Source: Bacteroidota bacterium (GTDB lineage: Bacteria > Bacteroidota > Bacteroidia > UKL13-3). From it: a stretch of 64,000 bases of DNA. Both the position numbers and the translations under genes were made by a program. Location: contig JAIYAT010000020.1 in NCBI GenBank assembly GCA_027488905.1, positions 246,490-310,489 of the forward strand. The letters are read 5' to 3'. Under the pieces are notes generated by a model that worked only from the letters and a program-made list of their open reading frames with translations, did no database searches and was not told the origin of the DNA. Of the stretch, positions 19,018 through 29,699 are shown in pieces. The stretch's first letter is position 1; each line of letters opens with the position of its first letter.

Positions 19018-20298
19018 ATGGAAAACACTACTGGTTTCATTGGCATTGCGGTTATTCTTGGAATAGCATTTTTACTTTCTAATAACCGTAAAGCCATAAA
19101 TTATAGATTGGTAGTTAGCGGCCTTGCCTTACAAACAGGTTTGGCACTTTTTATTCTTAAAACTAAAATTGGTTCAAACATCTTCTCTTATTTAGGTAAT
19201 AAAATAGAACTTCTCCTCAAACTTGCAGATAAAGGTGGTGAATTTGTGTTTGGTGGACTCATGAAACCAGAATTATTAAAGCCCATTTTTGGCGACCAAT
19301 ACAGTTTTCTGTTTATGTTCAAAATTATGCCTACTATTATTTTTGTGGCAGTTTTGGTGAGCATGGCTTATCACATTGGGTTGATGCAAATCATTGTTTC
19401 TTTCTTTGCTAGAATTGTACATTTCTTAATGCGAGTGAGCGGCAGTGAAGCACTTTCTAATGTTGCAAGTGCTTTTGTTGGGCAGGTTGAAGCGCAAATT
19501 ATGATTAAACCCTACCTAAATACCATGACCATGAGCGAACTTTTAGCCAGCATGAGTGGCAGTATGGCTTGTATTGCTGGAGGGGTTATGGCTGTTTATA
19601 TTTCTATGGGAGTCCCTGCTCCATACCTACTTGCAGCTAGCATTATGGCCGCGCCAGGCGCTTTGGTAATTTCTAAAATTGTTTGGCCAGAAACTGAAGA
19701 ATCGCCAACTAAAGGCGATATTAAACTTGAAGTAAAAAAATCTCATGCCAATCTGCTAGATGCTATAAGTCATGGCGCTTCTGATGGATTAAAAATATCA
19801 CTCAACGTTATAGCCATGTTAATTGGATTCATCGCCATCATCGCTTTAGCAGACGTAATTCTTGGGAAAGTAGGCACTATTTTGGCCGGAATTGGACTAT
19901 CACTCGATTTTGTTGGCATACAAATGGCTTCCTTAAGCCTAGACCAAATCTTTGGAAGCTTCTTTTCTATGTTCGCATGGGCAATGGGGGTTCCTCAGCA
20001 AGATATTCAAACCGTAGGCTCACTTATGGGAAACAAGTTGGTCATAAATGAATTTGTAGCGTATGCTAAGTTAACACCTATGATTAGTGCTGGCTCATTA
20101 GCCCCAAAATCAGTGGTAATTGCTAGCTTTGCTTTGTGCGGGTTTGCTAATTTTAGCTCTATTGCCATTCAGGTAGGTGGCATTGGAGAACTTGCACCTT
20201 CAAGGCGTGCCGACCTAGCCAAGCTTGGATTTAAAGCGCTTATATGTGGTACTTTGGCTTCTTACCTGAGTGCTACACTTGCAGGCATTATGATGTAA
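19018..20298 (+). CDS. nupC: Concentrative nucleoside transporter, NupC family
   Basis: 426 aa polytopic membrane protein. The N-terminus GFIGIAVILGIAFLLSNNRKAINYRLVVSGLALQ and the overall organisation match the CNT/NupC family. Confidence 0.75.
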   Translation: MENTTGFIGIAVILGIAFLLSNNRKAINYRLVVSGLALQTGLALFILKTKIGSNIFSYLGNKIELLLKLADKGGEFVFGGLMKPELLKPIFGDQYSFLFMFKIMPTIIFVAVLVSMAYHIGLMQIIVSFFARIVHFLMRVSGSEALSNVASAFVGQVEAQIMIKPYLNTMTMSELLASMSGSMACIAGGVMAVYISMGVPAPYLLAASIMAAPGALVISKIVWPETEESPTKGDIKLEVKKSHANLLDAISHGASDGLKISLNVIAMLIGFIAIIALADVILGKVGTILAGIGLSLDFVGIQMASLSLDQIFGSFFSMFAWAMGVPQQDIQTVGSLMGNKLVINEFVAYAKLTPMISAGSLAPKSVVIASFALCGFANFSSIAIQVGGIGELAPSRRADLAKLGFKALICGTLASYLSATLAGIMM

Positions 20299-20304
20299 TT
20301 TTAA

Positions 20305-20775
20305 TTAATTGAGTGTCGGAAATTCTGATTCACTAACATACTTATCATGCTCATTTAAAGAAAACAATAAATGAGACAAGCCATTGCTGATAAATAAATA
20401 TGGTACTTTAAAAACAGTGTTATACGTGCAAACCTGTATTAAAGTTTCAGTTGTTAAAGCCACTTCTGGCGCCTTACACTCGATTAACATGAATGGCTTT
20501 GATTGCTTGTCAAAAACTAAAACATCAAATCGCTTGCGTTTAGTATTGTAAACCAAACTTCTTTCTACCGCAATTAAACTTGCAGCAAAGTTTTTGGTTT
20601 GAACCAAAAAGGCTAACACATGCTGACGCACCCATTCCTCTGGCGTTAATACAACCCACTTTCTTCGAAATGCATCATAAATCTTTAAACTATCTTCTTT
20701 GCGTTCAATCCTAAATTCATAGCTGGGAAAGTTCAACTGCATGAAACAACTATTTAATAATGGCAAAATTGCCAC
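20305..20775 (-). CDS. Stand-alone type I restriction enzyme HsdR N-terminal-domain-like protein (PD-(D/E)xK fold)
   Basis: 156 aa; ...FDVLVFDKQSKPFMLIECKAP... resembles the HsdR_N-type nuclease core. No cognate M/S genes lie adjacent. Confidence 0.45.
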   Translation of the reverse strand: MAILPLLNSCFMQLNFPSYEFRIERKEDSLKIYDAFRRKWVVLTPEEWVRQHVLAFLVQTKNFAASLIAVERSLVYNTKRKRFDVLVFDKQSKPFMLIECKAPEVALTTETLIQVCTYNTVFKVPYLFISNGLSHLLFSLNEHDKYVSESEFPTLN

Positions 20776-22852
20776 TTTGAACCTCGCCCGACTTTAAGTC
20801 TTTTACAGTAAATAAATACACTCCCGATGAAAGTTGTGTTTTGCTATCACTTAGCAAATCCCAAGCATGTTCTCCTCCACTCATGGTGGTTTTCTCTGCA
20901 TTGCCAAATGTGCTAGACCAACCCACATTGTCGCCGGCATAGGTATCAGATTGGTGGTTCAAAGTTGCTACTAAATCTCCACTAGCAGAATAAATATGAA
21001 TTTCGCAACGAGCAGGTAAATTATTAAAATACAGTTTTCTTGTTCTAGAGGTATTTCCATCCCAAGCGGCTGTAGTGCTATACGGATTTGGATAAACCCC
21101 TACTTTTTTCGCATTCGCGCCAAAGTTATTGACTGAAGTTCCAGGGAAAACACGGTTCTCATTTTCAGTAAAAGAGGACTCTAAAGGGTCAACTGAAATT
21201 CTTTTATCACCTTCGTCAATTGCTGTAACAACAATCAAATATTGCCACCCATTAGACAAGTTATTAAGGGTGTATTTGTAATAATATTTAGTGGTATCCC
21301 CCTCAAAAGTTACTGGCTTTTCTAGTGCAATTGCAGTAAAACCATTGTTGAACCCAACATCATTTCCAGCAGAATCCCATTGACCAATTCGATTTGCATC
21401 ATCAATCAGGTTCAGATTTAAATCATCTCCAATATTGGTTCTGTACAAACGATACCCTTCAAAATCCAAAGTTCTAGAAATTGGGTCAACCGAATACTCG
21501 GCAGACTTATCCCAAAAAACTTCAATTTTACTATCACTAGCGATAATCTTAGTTTTAGGTGAATTTGGAGGTTCAGACAATAGATATCTGTCTAGTTTTC
21601 CGTTTTGGTTCAAATCTAAAGCTGGATCATATGTACCATCTTCATTAACATCTTCCCCTAAAAAGGTACTTCGAGTTCTTTTAAAAGCTGCTAATAATTC
21701 TGCCTCAGATGCTGGCGTTGTTATAATGTAATTGCTATTGCTTGGAAGTTTAGAAATGGGTTCCTTTTGTTTTGCACAAACAAAAGCAATGGTATAGTTA
21801 AAGGATTCTCCAGGCTCAACACTTACCAATGGCCCATTAGAAAGCAATTGCAACCAATTTGCAGGTGTTCCTACAATGGGTCCATCAGCAGCATACAAGA
21901 TGCTTGAATCAATATTGGTGCTTAATTTTAGGTATCTTTCTTGCTCAGTGCCTGGTGTATTCCAAGGAGAGGCAATAGAATTAAAATTCCAAAAATTAAA
22001 ATTACACTTTGGTGCTGGAAGTCCGGCCTTGATGAACGTATCTGGTTTATTTGGATTAAAAAACATGCCTCTCCAATCCATTCCTAAAAACTGAATTGCG
22101 CCATAAGACTTAGTAAAATCAATATCATCCCCAAAACTTTGATAAGCATAAAAAGACATGTAATCTTTACTTATGCCATTTCTACCCTTGTTAAAGAAAG
22201 CTGTACCAGCATCGCGGGTATAATTTACATTGCGCACCACCATATCTGCAAAAGCTCCTAAATAAACTGAATCCCAGCGATTTTGAGAAGAATTGGTAAT
22301 TTTAAAATTACAAATCACAAAGAAATCAGCAAAGGGGAAGTTCCACGAATAAGTCTCAAGTTCGACAACCGCACCAAGCGGATTTTGGTGACCAGAAATT
22401 GGGATGGAAGTGCCAGGAATTACCACAAAAGAATCTGTAAAACTCATTATTAAATCTTGGTGAGAAGTAGCACTACTCGAGAAATTACTACTATTTGGAA
22501 GTTTAGACCGCTCTTTAATAGTACTTGTTTGTGTAAATTCAAAACCTTGTCCACCTGTACTATATCCAGCGCTTGCATCTACAGAACTGGTGCTCACACG
22601 CATTTGTCCATTTACCAAAGCGCCAATCCAAATGCCAGCTTCAAATAAATGTTCAATGCCAGAACCGCGAGGGAAAGCTAAGGAAGGCGGACCTTGGGTA
22701 TTGCTTCTAACTGTTGGTCTACCAAAAGTTGCATAATTATTAATGGTAAGACCAATTCTACCAACATTGGTGAAACGGCTTTGTGCAGGTACCTGCGAAA
22801 TGGCTACAAACGAAATGATTGCCAAAAATATGGTGATAAAGAATCTGGTCAT
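20750..22852 (-). CDS. Secreted protein with a T9SS C-terminal sorting domain
   Basis: Signal peptide MTRFFITIFLAIISFVAISQ. The C-terminus ...YPNPYSTTAAW...GVYLFTVKDLKSGEVQSGNFAIIK is a T9SS type-A CTD pattern. Confidence 0.6.
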   Translation of the reverse strand: MTRFFITIFLAIISFVAISQVPAQSRFTNVGRIGLTINNYATFGRPTVRSNTQGPPSLAFPRGSGIEHLFEAGIWIGALVNGQMRVSTSSVDASAGYSTGGQGFEFTQTSTIKERSKLPNSSNFSSSATSHQDLIMSFTDSFVVIPGTSIPISGHQNPLGAVVELETYSWNFPFADFFVICNFKITNSSQNRWDSVYLGAFADMVVRNVNYTRDAGTAFFNKGRNGISKDYMSFYAYQSFGDDIDFTKSYGAIQFLGMDWRGMFFNPNKPDTFIKAGLPAPKCNFNFWNFNSIASPWNTPGTEQERYLKLSTNIDSSILYAADGPIVGTPANWLQLLSNGPLVSVEPGESFNYTIAFVCAKQKEPISKLPSNSNYIITTPASEAELLAAFKRTRSTFLGEDVNEDGTYDPALDLNQNGKLDRYLLSEPPNSPKTKIIASDSKIEVFWDKSAEYSVDPISRTLDFEGYRLYRTNIGDDLNLNLIDDANRIGQWDSAGNDVGFNNGFTAIALEKPVTFEGDTTKYYYKYTLNNLSNGWQYLIVVTAIDEGDKRISVDPLESSFTENENRVFPGTSVNNFGANAKKVGVYPNPYSTTAAWDGNTSRTRKLYFNNLPARCEIHIYSASGDLVATLNHQSDTYAGDNVGWSSTFGNAEKTTMSGGEHAWDLLSDSKTQLSSGVYLFTVKDLKSGEVQSGNFAIIK

Positions 22853-23023
22853 AATGAATTACAAATATGGTATAATCTAGGCATTTGCTTCAAAAAATTA
22901 GTGTTAACAAATATTTTTCTAATGAAACCTGGCTTTCAACTTTAACTCAATATTAATTCGATGTAAAATCCACTAACATAAAAAATAAAGCTTTATTTTT
23001 GAACCGCAAAAAAAACCATTTGT

Positions 23024-25477
23024 ATGAAAAAATTTCTTCTAAGTTTAGGCCTTGGCTCACTTGGATTCTTGGCACAAGCACAAAATCCTTATCCAATTGT
23101 TCCTATTCAAACCGTTCAGTTTGTAAATGACGCAAAACTTTCGGCAACATTCCCTAATGATTCAGCAGATTACGTAAATCCTATTTTTAACAATGCTACC
23201 TATACAGACACTGTTAGATTTGATGGATATGTAATGTTTGACCCAAGGTTTTATGGCCTTAGTACATCTAGAAAAGCGACTGTTTTAATGACTGATACAG
23301 TTAGCGGACCTTGGAAAGGTGTTGAGGTTATGTGTGAACCTGCAGGAACCGGCAGAAATTTGGCCACTTTAATTAATGAAACTAAGTTTTATGATAACCT
23401 AAAGCCAGGCACTAAGGTTAGAGTAACAGGCGTAATACGCACCTTTAGAGGTACCCCGCCTGCTGGGACCAGACAAGGTCAAAGTCAAGTAAACATGATT
23501 GCCGCCAATCCTTTATGGGAAAATGGCGTTGAATTACAAGACCTAAATTCTTATAAAGTTCGTCCTGTTGAGTTGAAAATTGATTCTTTAATGACTGGTA
23601 ACGCAAGTTCAGGACAGGTTCAACAAAAAGTTAAAGGTGAAAAATGGGAAGGTTCTTATGTAGAATTAAAGAATGTCACCGTATTTTCAAGAACTCCAAG
23701 CGGAAGCCGTTTTTTCTGGAGCGTTGCAGATGACCAAGGTAATGCCATTGACGTAGGTGATTTCTCAGGTTGGTTCAGAAATGATAATAATACAGATTCA
23801 GTATTGCCTGCGGGTAGGTTCACACCGCCATTAATTGGCACAAGAATCAGCTACATTAGAGGTATTATTGTAGAAAGTGCTATTTCTGGACAGTATCGTT
23901 TTACAATTAATCCTTTGATGCCAAATGATCTTGGACCAAGTGCCTATACACCACCAACCGTTGCTAGCCGTGAGCGCACACCAGTGAATGCAAAGTCAAC
24001 AGACTCAGTTGCTGTTTTGGTGAAAATTAGCCAAGGTACTACCCGAGTGAGCAATGTTAAGTTGTTTCATACCATTGGATATACTTCAACTACTTTTGAT
24101 TCAATCACTTTAACAAGAAACACTTTCCCTAATGATACCATGATTTGGTTTGGTTATATTCCTGCTAGACCCAATAATTCAGTAGTTAAATATTTTATTC
24201 GTCCAACAGATATCAATGGTTCATTTACCAACTCTCCAGACGCATTTGGTACATTTAATGCCTATAGAGTTAACGATAATGGCATTAAAACCATTCAAGA
24301 TTTACAATTCTCTCCTTATCCAAACAACCAAACTATTTGGAACAATGATTCAATCACTGGAGTTGATATTAGAGGCGTAGTTACTGCTACCAATATGGTT
24401 CAAGGAACTACCAATATATTAACCGTTCAAAACGGTAATAGCTTAAATAGTGCAATCATTGTAAACAGAAGACCAAATGATGCAACTACTTCTTGGAGAG
24501 TTGGCGATTCAGTTTCAATTACAGGATTCAGAATAATTGAAAGTTTTGGTATGACTACTTTAAACAATGTACAAGGTAATGTTATCAATGGAAACGGAAC
24601 CATGCCAGCATTTGTAAATGTAAACATTGATACCATTGCTGCAATTTCTGCTAGTGCAACCCGTCGTCCAGAGCTTGCACCTTACGAAGGAATGTTAATG
24701 AAATTCGATAATGTTTTTGTAGTAAACACAAATGCAGATGCACCTTCAAACTTTGGAGAATTTGTGATAAACACAGACAAAACAAAGACTACAGGTTTAC
24801 GCATCGATGATATCAGCACACGTTTACCAGATAATTTTAACACTAACTTAGTGTTGGGTCAAACCATGAGCAAAGTTCAAGGTATTTTAACCTTAACCTT
24901 TAGCAACTGGAAATTACAGCCAAGAGATAGCAACGACTTAGACTTTAGCGGTGCACCAGATACAGAAAAACCAGTAATTACCTTAAAAGGTAAAAACCCA
25001 GATTCAGTTTTAGTTAATACTATGTATACAGAAGCTGGTGCAACTGCAATAGATAACAAAGACGGAGATATCAGCAGCAGCATCGTAATTACAGGAACTG
25101 TAGATAATACTAAATTGGGCACTTATACTTTAACCTATAAAGCTACAGACAAAGCTGGTAATAGAGATTCAATTACAAGAACCGTAATTGTTTATTCGTC
25201 AGTAGGTGTTAACGAAAACGAATTGGTATTTTCTCAAACTAGTATTTACCCTAACCCTGCTACAGACAATATTAATGTTAGTGTTAAAGGAATCAAAACA
25301 TTGCCATTAACAGTTTCATTAATGGATATTAGCGGAAGAACTTTAAGCAGCGAAACATATAACAGCGCTTCGGTTCAAACCACTATTAATACAACTGAAT
25401 TACAAAATGGTATTTATTTTATTCAATTAAGCAGCAATGCAGGCAGTAAAACTGTTAAAGTATTAGTTAGCAAATAA
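23024..25477 (+). CDS. Large secreted protein with an Ig-like (DUF5011-like) domain and a T9SS C-terminal sorting domain
   Basis: Signal peptide MKKFLLSLGLGSLGFLAQAQ. ...ITLKGKNPDSVLVNTMYTEAGATAIDNKDGDISSSIVITGTVDNTKLGTYTLTYKATDKAGN is Ig-like. The C-terminus ...SIYPNPATDNINVSVKG...GIYFIQLSSNAGSKTVKVLVSK is a T9SS CTD. Confidence 0.65.
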   Translation: MKKFLLSLGLGSLGFLAQAQNPYPIVPIQTVQFVNDAKLSATFPNDSADYVNPIFNNATYTDTVRFDGYVMFDPRFYGLSTSRKATVLMTDTVSGPWKGVEVMCEPAGTGRNLATLINETKFYDNLKPGTKVRVTGVIRTFRGTPPAGTRQGQSQVNMIAANPLWENGVELQDLNSYKVRPVELKIDSLMTGNASSGQVQQKVKGEKWEGSYVELKNVTVFSRTPSGSRFFWSVADDQGNAIDVGDFSGWFRNDNNTDSVLPAGRFTPPLIGTRISYIRGIIVESAISGQYRFTINPLMPNDLGPSAYTPPTVASRERTPVNAKSTDSVAVLVKISQGTTRVSNVKLFHTIGYTSTTFDSITLTRNTFPNDTMIWFGYIPARPNNSVVKYFIRPTDINGSFTNSPDAFGTFNAYRVNDNGIKTIQDLQFSPYPNNQTIWNNDSITGVDIRGVVTATNMVQGTTNILTVQNGNSLNSAIIVNRRPNDATTSWRVGDSVSITGFRIIESFGMTTLNNVQGNVINGNGTMPAFVNVNIDTIAAISASATRRPELAPYEGMLMKFDNVFVVNTNADAPSNFGEFVINTDKTKTTGLRIDDISTRLPDNFNTNLVLGQTMSKVQGILTLTFSNWKLQPRDSNDLDFSGAPDTEKPVITLKGKNPDSVLVNTMYTEAGATAIDNKDGDISSSIVITGTVDNTKLGTYTLTYKATDKAGNRDSITRTVIVYSSVGVNENELVFSQTSIYPNPATDNINVSVKGIKTLPLTVSLMDISGRTLSSETYNSASVQTTINTTELQNGIYFIQLSSNAGSKTVKVLVSK

Positions 25478-25512
25478 TCTTTCGGGTTGAACCAAAAGGT
25501 TTTCAGTATAGA

Positions 25513-25541
25513 AAGGCCCCGCTTCGCGGGGCCTTTTTTGT
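25513..25541 (+). terminator. Rho-independent terminator
   Basis: aggccccgcttcgcggggccttttttg: a perfect 8-bp GC stem with a ttcg loop followed by a T-run, directly after the 23024..25477 CDS. Confidence 0.8.
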
Positions 25542-25643
25542 TGTAATTTATCCGTTTATAATCGGATAAAAACGTTTAGCATACGGCTACACATTTTAGG
25601 CAGTTTACATTTGACATACATTTTTAAACCTAAACAAAACCGT

Positions 25644-25994
25644 ATGACAAACCTCAGAAACAGTGTGCGCCTCATTGGCCACCTTGGGCAAAATCCAGAA
25701 ATCAAAACCACTGTAAATGGCAAAAAAGTAGCAAACTTTTCCTTAGCCACCAACGAAACCTACACCAATGCCGATGGCAAAAAAGTAAGTGAAGCCATGT
25801 GGCACCTTATTGTTGCTTGGGGAAAACAAGCAGAATTCTCTGAGAAATACCTTGAAAAAGGCAAGGAAGTTGCCATTGAAGGAAAACTCTCCGTAAGAGA
25901 TTATGTAGATAAAAATGGCAATAAGAAATATGTAACCGAAATTGTAGTAAACGATATCCTAATGATAGGCGCAAAAGATAAAAAAGCCTCCTGA
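25644..25994 (+). CDS. ssb: Single-stranded DNA-binding protein
   Basis: MTNLRNSVRLIGHLGQNPEIKTTVNGKKVANFSLATNETYTNADGKKVSEAMWHLIVAWGKQAE..., the classic SSB OB-fold N-terminus. The start was chosen at the internal Met of ORF 25611..25994. Confidence 0.8.
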   Translation: MTNLRNSVRLIGHLGQNPEIKTTVNGKKVANFSLATNETYTNADGKKVSEAMWHLIVAWGKQAEFSEKYLEKGKEVAIEGKLSVRDYVDKNGNKKYVTEIVVNDILMIGAKDKKAS

Positions 25995-26207
25995 AAACCA
26001 ACACCTGCAAAACCGATTTCTCATTCATTTGAGAAGTTGGTTTTTGTTATTTATTTTAACATTTATTGGATATTTAAATATACATTTTTTCACATATAAT
26101 TGCTTTTCAATATTTTAAACTTGGTATAACTTGTGGATAGTATTATAAACCAAGGGTAAAAATAACCCCTAAAGCAAACTAAATTTGAAACATAAAATCA
26201 GAAGAAA

Positions 26208-27239
26208 ATGAGTGTAGACGCAAAAGAAAAATTGAAGGCCCTGCAGCTAACAATTGATAAGCTAGATAAAACCTATGGTAAGGGAACTGTAATGCGCATG
26301 AGCGATCAAAAGGTAGTTGATATTGAAGCCTTATCAACTGGCTCGCTATCCTTAGATGTTGCCTTAGGAATTGGTGGTTACCCACAAGGTAGAATCATTG
26401 AAATATACGGACCAGAATCTTCTGGTAAAACAACCTTGTCTATGCATGCCATTGCAGAAGCTCAGAAAAAAGGTGGCATTGCAGCATTTGTGGATGCAGA
26501 GCATGCTTTCGATAGAAACTATGCAGAAAAATTAGGGATAGACATCGAAAACCTTATCATCTCTCAGCCAGACGATGGTGAACAAGCACTTGAAATTGCA
26601 GATGCCTTAATTCGCTCTGGTGCAATTGATATTATTGTGATTGACTCAGTAGCTGCATTGGTACCTAAAGCCGAATTAGAAGGTGATATGGGTGAAAGCA
26701 AAATGGGTTTACAAGCAAGGTTGATGAGTCAAGCCCTTAGAAAACTTACGGGTACCATCAATAAAACTGGTTGTATCTGCATTTTCATTAACCAATTGCG
26801 TGATAAGATTGGTGTTATGTTTGGCAGCCCAGAAACCACTACAGGGGGTAATGCCTTAAAGTTTTATTCTTCTGTTCGTTTAGACATTCGTCGTATTGGT
26901 CAAATTAAAGATGGAATGGATATTATTGGTAACAGAACAAAAGTGAAGGTTGCCAAAAACAAAGTTGCACCGCCATTTAGAACCGTAGAATTTGATATCA
27001 TCTACGGAGAGGGTATTTCAAAATTAGGCGAGATAATTGACTTAGGTGTGGACTTAGAAATCATTAAAAAATCTGGTTCATGGTTTAGCTACAATGAAAC
27101 CAAATTAGGGCAAGGTAGAGATGCCGTTAAACAACTGCTAACCGATAACCCAGAGTTATGCCAAGAAATTGAAGGCTTAATAAGGGCTAAAGCTGCTGGA
27201 GGAGAAATCTTTAAATCTAAAGCAGGCGATGCCGAATAA
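26208..27239 (+). CDS. recA: Recombinase RecA
   Basis: ...[26 protein letters not shown]... (Walker A) and [37 protein letters not shown] are unmistakable RecA signatures. Confidence 0.95.
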   Translation: MSVDAKEKLKALQLTIDKLDKTYGKGTVMRMSDQKVVDIEALSTGSLSLDVALGIGGYPQGRIIEIYGPESSGKTTLSMHAIAEAQKKGGIAAFVDAEHAFDRNYAEKLGIDIENLIISQPDDGEQALEIADALIRSGAIDIIVIDSVAALVPKAELEGDMGESKMGLQARLMSQALRKLTGTINKTGCICIFINQLRDKIGVMFGSPETTTGGNALKFYSSVRLDIRRIGQIKDGMDIIGNRTKVKVAKNKVAPPFRTVEFDIIYGEGISKLGEIIDLGVDLEIIKKSGSWFSYNETKLGQGRDAVKQLLTDNPELCQEIEGLIRAKAAGGEIFKSKAGDAE

Positions 27240-27261
27240 ATAAGATTCGATTGATTACAAA

Positions 27262-27296
27262 AAAGCGGCTTTCTCCAAGGAGAAAGCCGCTTTTCA
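27262..27296. terminator. Bidirectional rho-independent terminator between convergent recA and the yceI-like gene
   Basis: aagcggctttctccaaggagaaagccgctttt: a 12-bp perfect stem with flanking T/A runs. Confidence 0.75.
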
Positions 27297-27327
27297 TTTA
27301 TATGATTCCGATTATTCCGATTGAAAA

Positions 27328-27870
27328 CTAACCCTTTTTAACCAACAACATATCAACTTTCACATCGATTTCTTCAGCAATTTTTGCCGTAACAACTGTT
27401 GGCACTGTAATTTTATGATCGGCTACCTTTACTTTGAAGTTACTCACCAATTGAATTTTACCATCCTTTATAGTTAAAGTTCCAGCAATGGTTCTGTTTT
27501 GTTCTACACCATGTATATTTAAAATTCCAGTTGCAGTAACCGCATATTCTCCATCTTTGGTGTAATCAATTTTCTCATTGATTTTACCTTTGAAAGTACT
27601 CTTTGGATTTTTATCGCTTTCCATGTACTTCTCGTTAAAGTGCTCTTGCATGAGTTTATTCTCAAATTCAAAAGACATATTAGTTATAGCGATTGCTATG
27701 TCATTGGTCTCAGCTCTTAACACAGCTAATACGGTTGTGTTTTCTGCTTTGATATCTTCAATGGGTGTCTTAGAAAAAAATCCAACTTTGCCACCTGCAG
27801 TTGAATACATTTGGGCATTGGCTAAAAATCCTAATCCAACCATTGCCATACTTAACATTACTTTTTTCAT
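27328..27870 (-). CDS. YceI-like periplasmic/lipid-binding protein
   Basis: 180 aa with a signal peptide and typical YceI-family length and beta-rich composition (...KVGFFSKTPIEDIKAENTTVLAVL...). Confidence 0.55.
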   Translation of the reverse strand: MKKVMLSMAMVGLGFLANAQMYSTAGGKVGFFSKTPIEDIKAENTTVLAVLRAETNDIAIAITNMSFEFENKLMQEHFNEKYMESDKNPKSTFKGKINEKIDYTKDGEYAVTATGILNIHGVEQNRTIAGTLTIKDGKIQLVSNFKVKVADHKITVPTVVTAKIAEEIDVKVDMLLVKKG

Positions 27871-27989
27871 ATTTTTTACTTTTTACCAATAATTTTATTG
27901 GCGTGTATAATTTTAATTGTGAACTATTGAACCATAATGATGCCAAATTTAAATAAACTTAAATTAACTCATTTGGTTCAAACCGAAAC

Positions 27990-28889
27990 CTACTTTTTCT
28001 TTTTATCAAATGAAAAAGTACGTGCAATATTAAACCCTAAACGCACACCGCCATTAGACCAACTGCTTACTGTTTCTGTAACCATGTGTTGCTCCAACAT
28101 GCCGCGTCCATTGCTAACCATTAACTGAAACACATGTCCTCCTGTTTCAATGTCAAATCCAGCGGCAAGGTAGTTGTAGCGCTTATTGCCTTCTATAGAT
28201 AATTTATCTTTGCCATTTAGCATTGGGTAATACTCAAAATTAAATCTGAAACTTCTGTTCAATTTTATACTCCCTCCCATTCCTAAAGAGAAAATAGTAT
28301 TTGGGTCGTCTATTAATCTTACCAAATTATAATGAACAATAGTGGGTGCAAGTTGCAAACTCAAATTGTCTCCCATTTTGCGAGCTATAATCATTTGATT
28401 GAAATACGACATGCGAGAGGTGAAATAATTGTTGCGGTCTGGATTGACCCATGTAAGCGTATTGACTGCTAAATTTCCATAATAATTAAGCGTAATGGGT
28501 ACACCTCCTTTACCTTTACTTTGCTTTAGCAGTTTTACTTTTAAGTTAGCATCATAAGATTTACCTACAGAACTTCTGGCAAAGCCAAGTTGAATGCGGT
28601 CTGTGAGGCCATAATCAAAAACCAGTCTTATGTTGGCTTGATCCAAACCCCAAAGTTCGTAAGCCCCGCCATTGATTTCACCAAAACGATGAAGAATAAC
28701 AAAGTTAAGATGCTTTTTAGCTAAATGCTCATTGCTTTGCCCGTTTAGAACACGCGTTGATTTAAAGGTAGCAAAAACAGGTACAGGCTTAGACGGATTA
28801 TCATTTTCGAGCATTTGCAATAAATCATCTTGAGCAGATGATAAAAATCCAATCATTAGCAAACTTATAGTGAGTAGTATTCTTTTCAT
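27990..28889 (-). CDS. Hypothetical outer-membrane beta-barrel-like protein
   Basis: Signal peptide MKRILLTISLLMIGFLSSAQ. Alternating hydrophobic beta-strand pattern and a C-terminal aromatic residue (…RTFSF…). Last gene of the minus-strand CxxCH cluster. Confidence 0.35.
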   Translation of the reverse strand: MKRILLTISLLMIGFLSSAQDDLLQMLENDNPSKPVPVFATFKSTRVLNGQSNEHLAKKHLNFVILHRFGEINGGAYELWGLDQANIRLVFDYGLTDRIQLGFARSSVGKSYDANLKVKLLKQSKGKGGVPITLNYYGNLAVNTLTWVNPDRNNYFTSRMSYFNQMIIARKMGDNLSLQLAPTIVHYNLVRLIDDPNTIFSLGMGGSIKLNRSFRFNFEYYPMLNGKDKLSIEGNKRYNYLAAGFDIETGGHVFQLMVSNGRGMLEQHMVTETVSSWSNGGVRLGFNIARTFSFDKKKK

Positions 28890-28894
28890 AACGT

Positions 28895-29230
28895 TTAATT
28901 ATTAGGTGCTCCAGCGTCGAGCCAACGTTTCAACTTTGCCAAATCTGTGGCACCTAAAGCACCTGAAGGTGGCATGTCCTTTTTTACTAAAACCCGATTG
29001 TTAAATTTCCCATTGTCAACCACCGTTTTTAGTCCGCTATAAGTCATGTAAGAAGCGTGGCAACTTGCACCGCATTTAGCGTCTAGTAAGGGTTTAACAA
29101 AAGCCGAGTAAGTTACAGCAGTGGTGTCTGTATTGTTAAATTCATTTGGATACAATAGTTCTTCTTTGTCTTTGTAACAAGATTGAAGAAAGGCCAAAAG
29201 AACAAATACTGATATTAATTTATATTTCAT
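28895..29230 (-). CDS. Small secreted c-type cytochrome-like protein (PSCyt1-like motif)
   Basis: Signal peptide. CGASCH (CxxCH) followed by ...KKDMPP...LAKLKRWLDAGAPN, which matches the CxxCH...MPP...W(I/L)xxGA arrangement of planctomycete-type cytochrome c domains. Confidence 0.45.
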   Translation of the reverse strand: MKYKLISVFVLLAFLQSCYKDKEELLYPNEFNNTDTTAVTYSAFVKPLLDAKCGASCHASYMTYSGLKTVVDNGKFNNRVLVKKDMPPSGALGATDLAKLKRWLDAGAPNN

Positions 29231-29232
29231 AT

Positions 29233-29697
29233 TTAATCGATACTTAATTGCGGTGTTGAAACGCCATGACAGCTATTGCAGCTTCCACCATTAAAGGCAG
29301 AACCCATGGAAATAGTTTTATCATTTAAAGTGATGCTTGGGTAGGCACCACCCTTAAAATTTAGAATTTGATTGGTGTAAAAATTACCCAAATCATCCGC
29401 AACAAGGCGTTTGATTAAGTTGCCTTGGCGGCCTGGTTTTTCCCAAATTTCGACAATGGCATTTTTTTGAGGCCTTCCATTTGACTGAAAGGTGGTTCCT
29501 GAAATGGTCCACCAGCCAGCTTGTTCTGCTTCATTTCCATTCACATTATGGCAACTTCCACAATTCCTTCCAGCATTATGACTTTCATCTCCACCAAGTT
29601 CAGACTCTTTAGGATTGGCTTGGAGTTCTTCAAAATGTGAACAGGAAATCCAAAACATGATGGTTAAGAAACTAATTAGAACAGTTATATATTTCAT
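29233..29697 (-). CDS. Lipoprotein with two CxxCH haem-binding motifs
   Basis: The likely start is MKYITVLISFLTIMFWISC (lipobox-like). Motifs CGSCHN and CNSCHG. Confidence 0.4.
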   Translation of the reverse strand: MKYITVLISFLTIMFWISCSHFEELQANPKESELGGDESHNAGRNCGSCHNVNGNEAEQAGWWTISGTTFQSNGRPQKNAIVEIWEKPGRQGNLIKRLVADDLGNFYTNQILNFKGGAYPSITLNDKTISMGSAFNGGSCNSCHGVSTPQLSID

Positions 29698-29699
29698 AT

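Noticed and set aside
25556-26028. Minus-strand ORFs 25556..25753 and 25807..26028
   Set aside because: They lie antisense to the well-supported ssb gene and its leader, and their basic, low-complexity translations are typical of shadow ORFs.
26100-26210. SOS (LexA) box upstream of recA
   Set aside because: No recognisable palindrome of the E. coli (CTGT-N8-ACAG) or Gram-positive (GAAC-N4-GTTC) type was found in the 150 bp upstream, and the Bacteroidota LexA motif is not something I can assert from memory.
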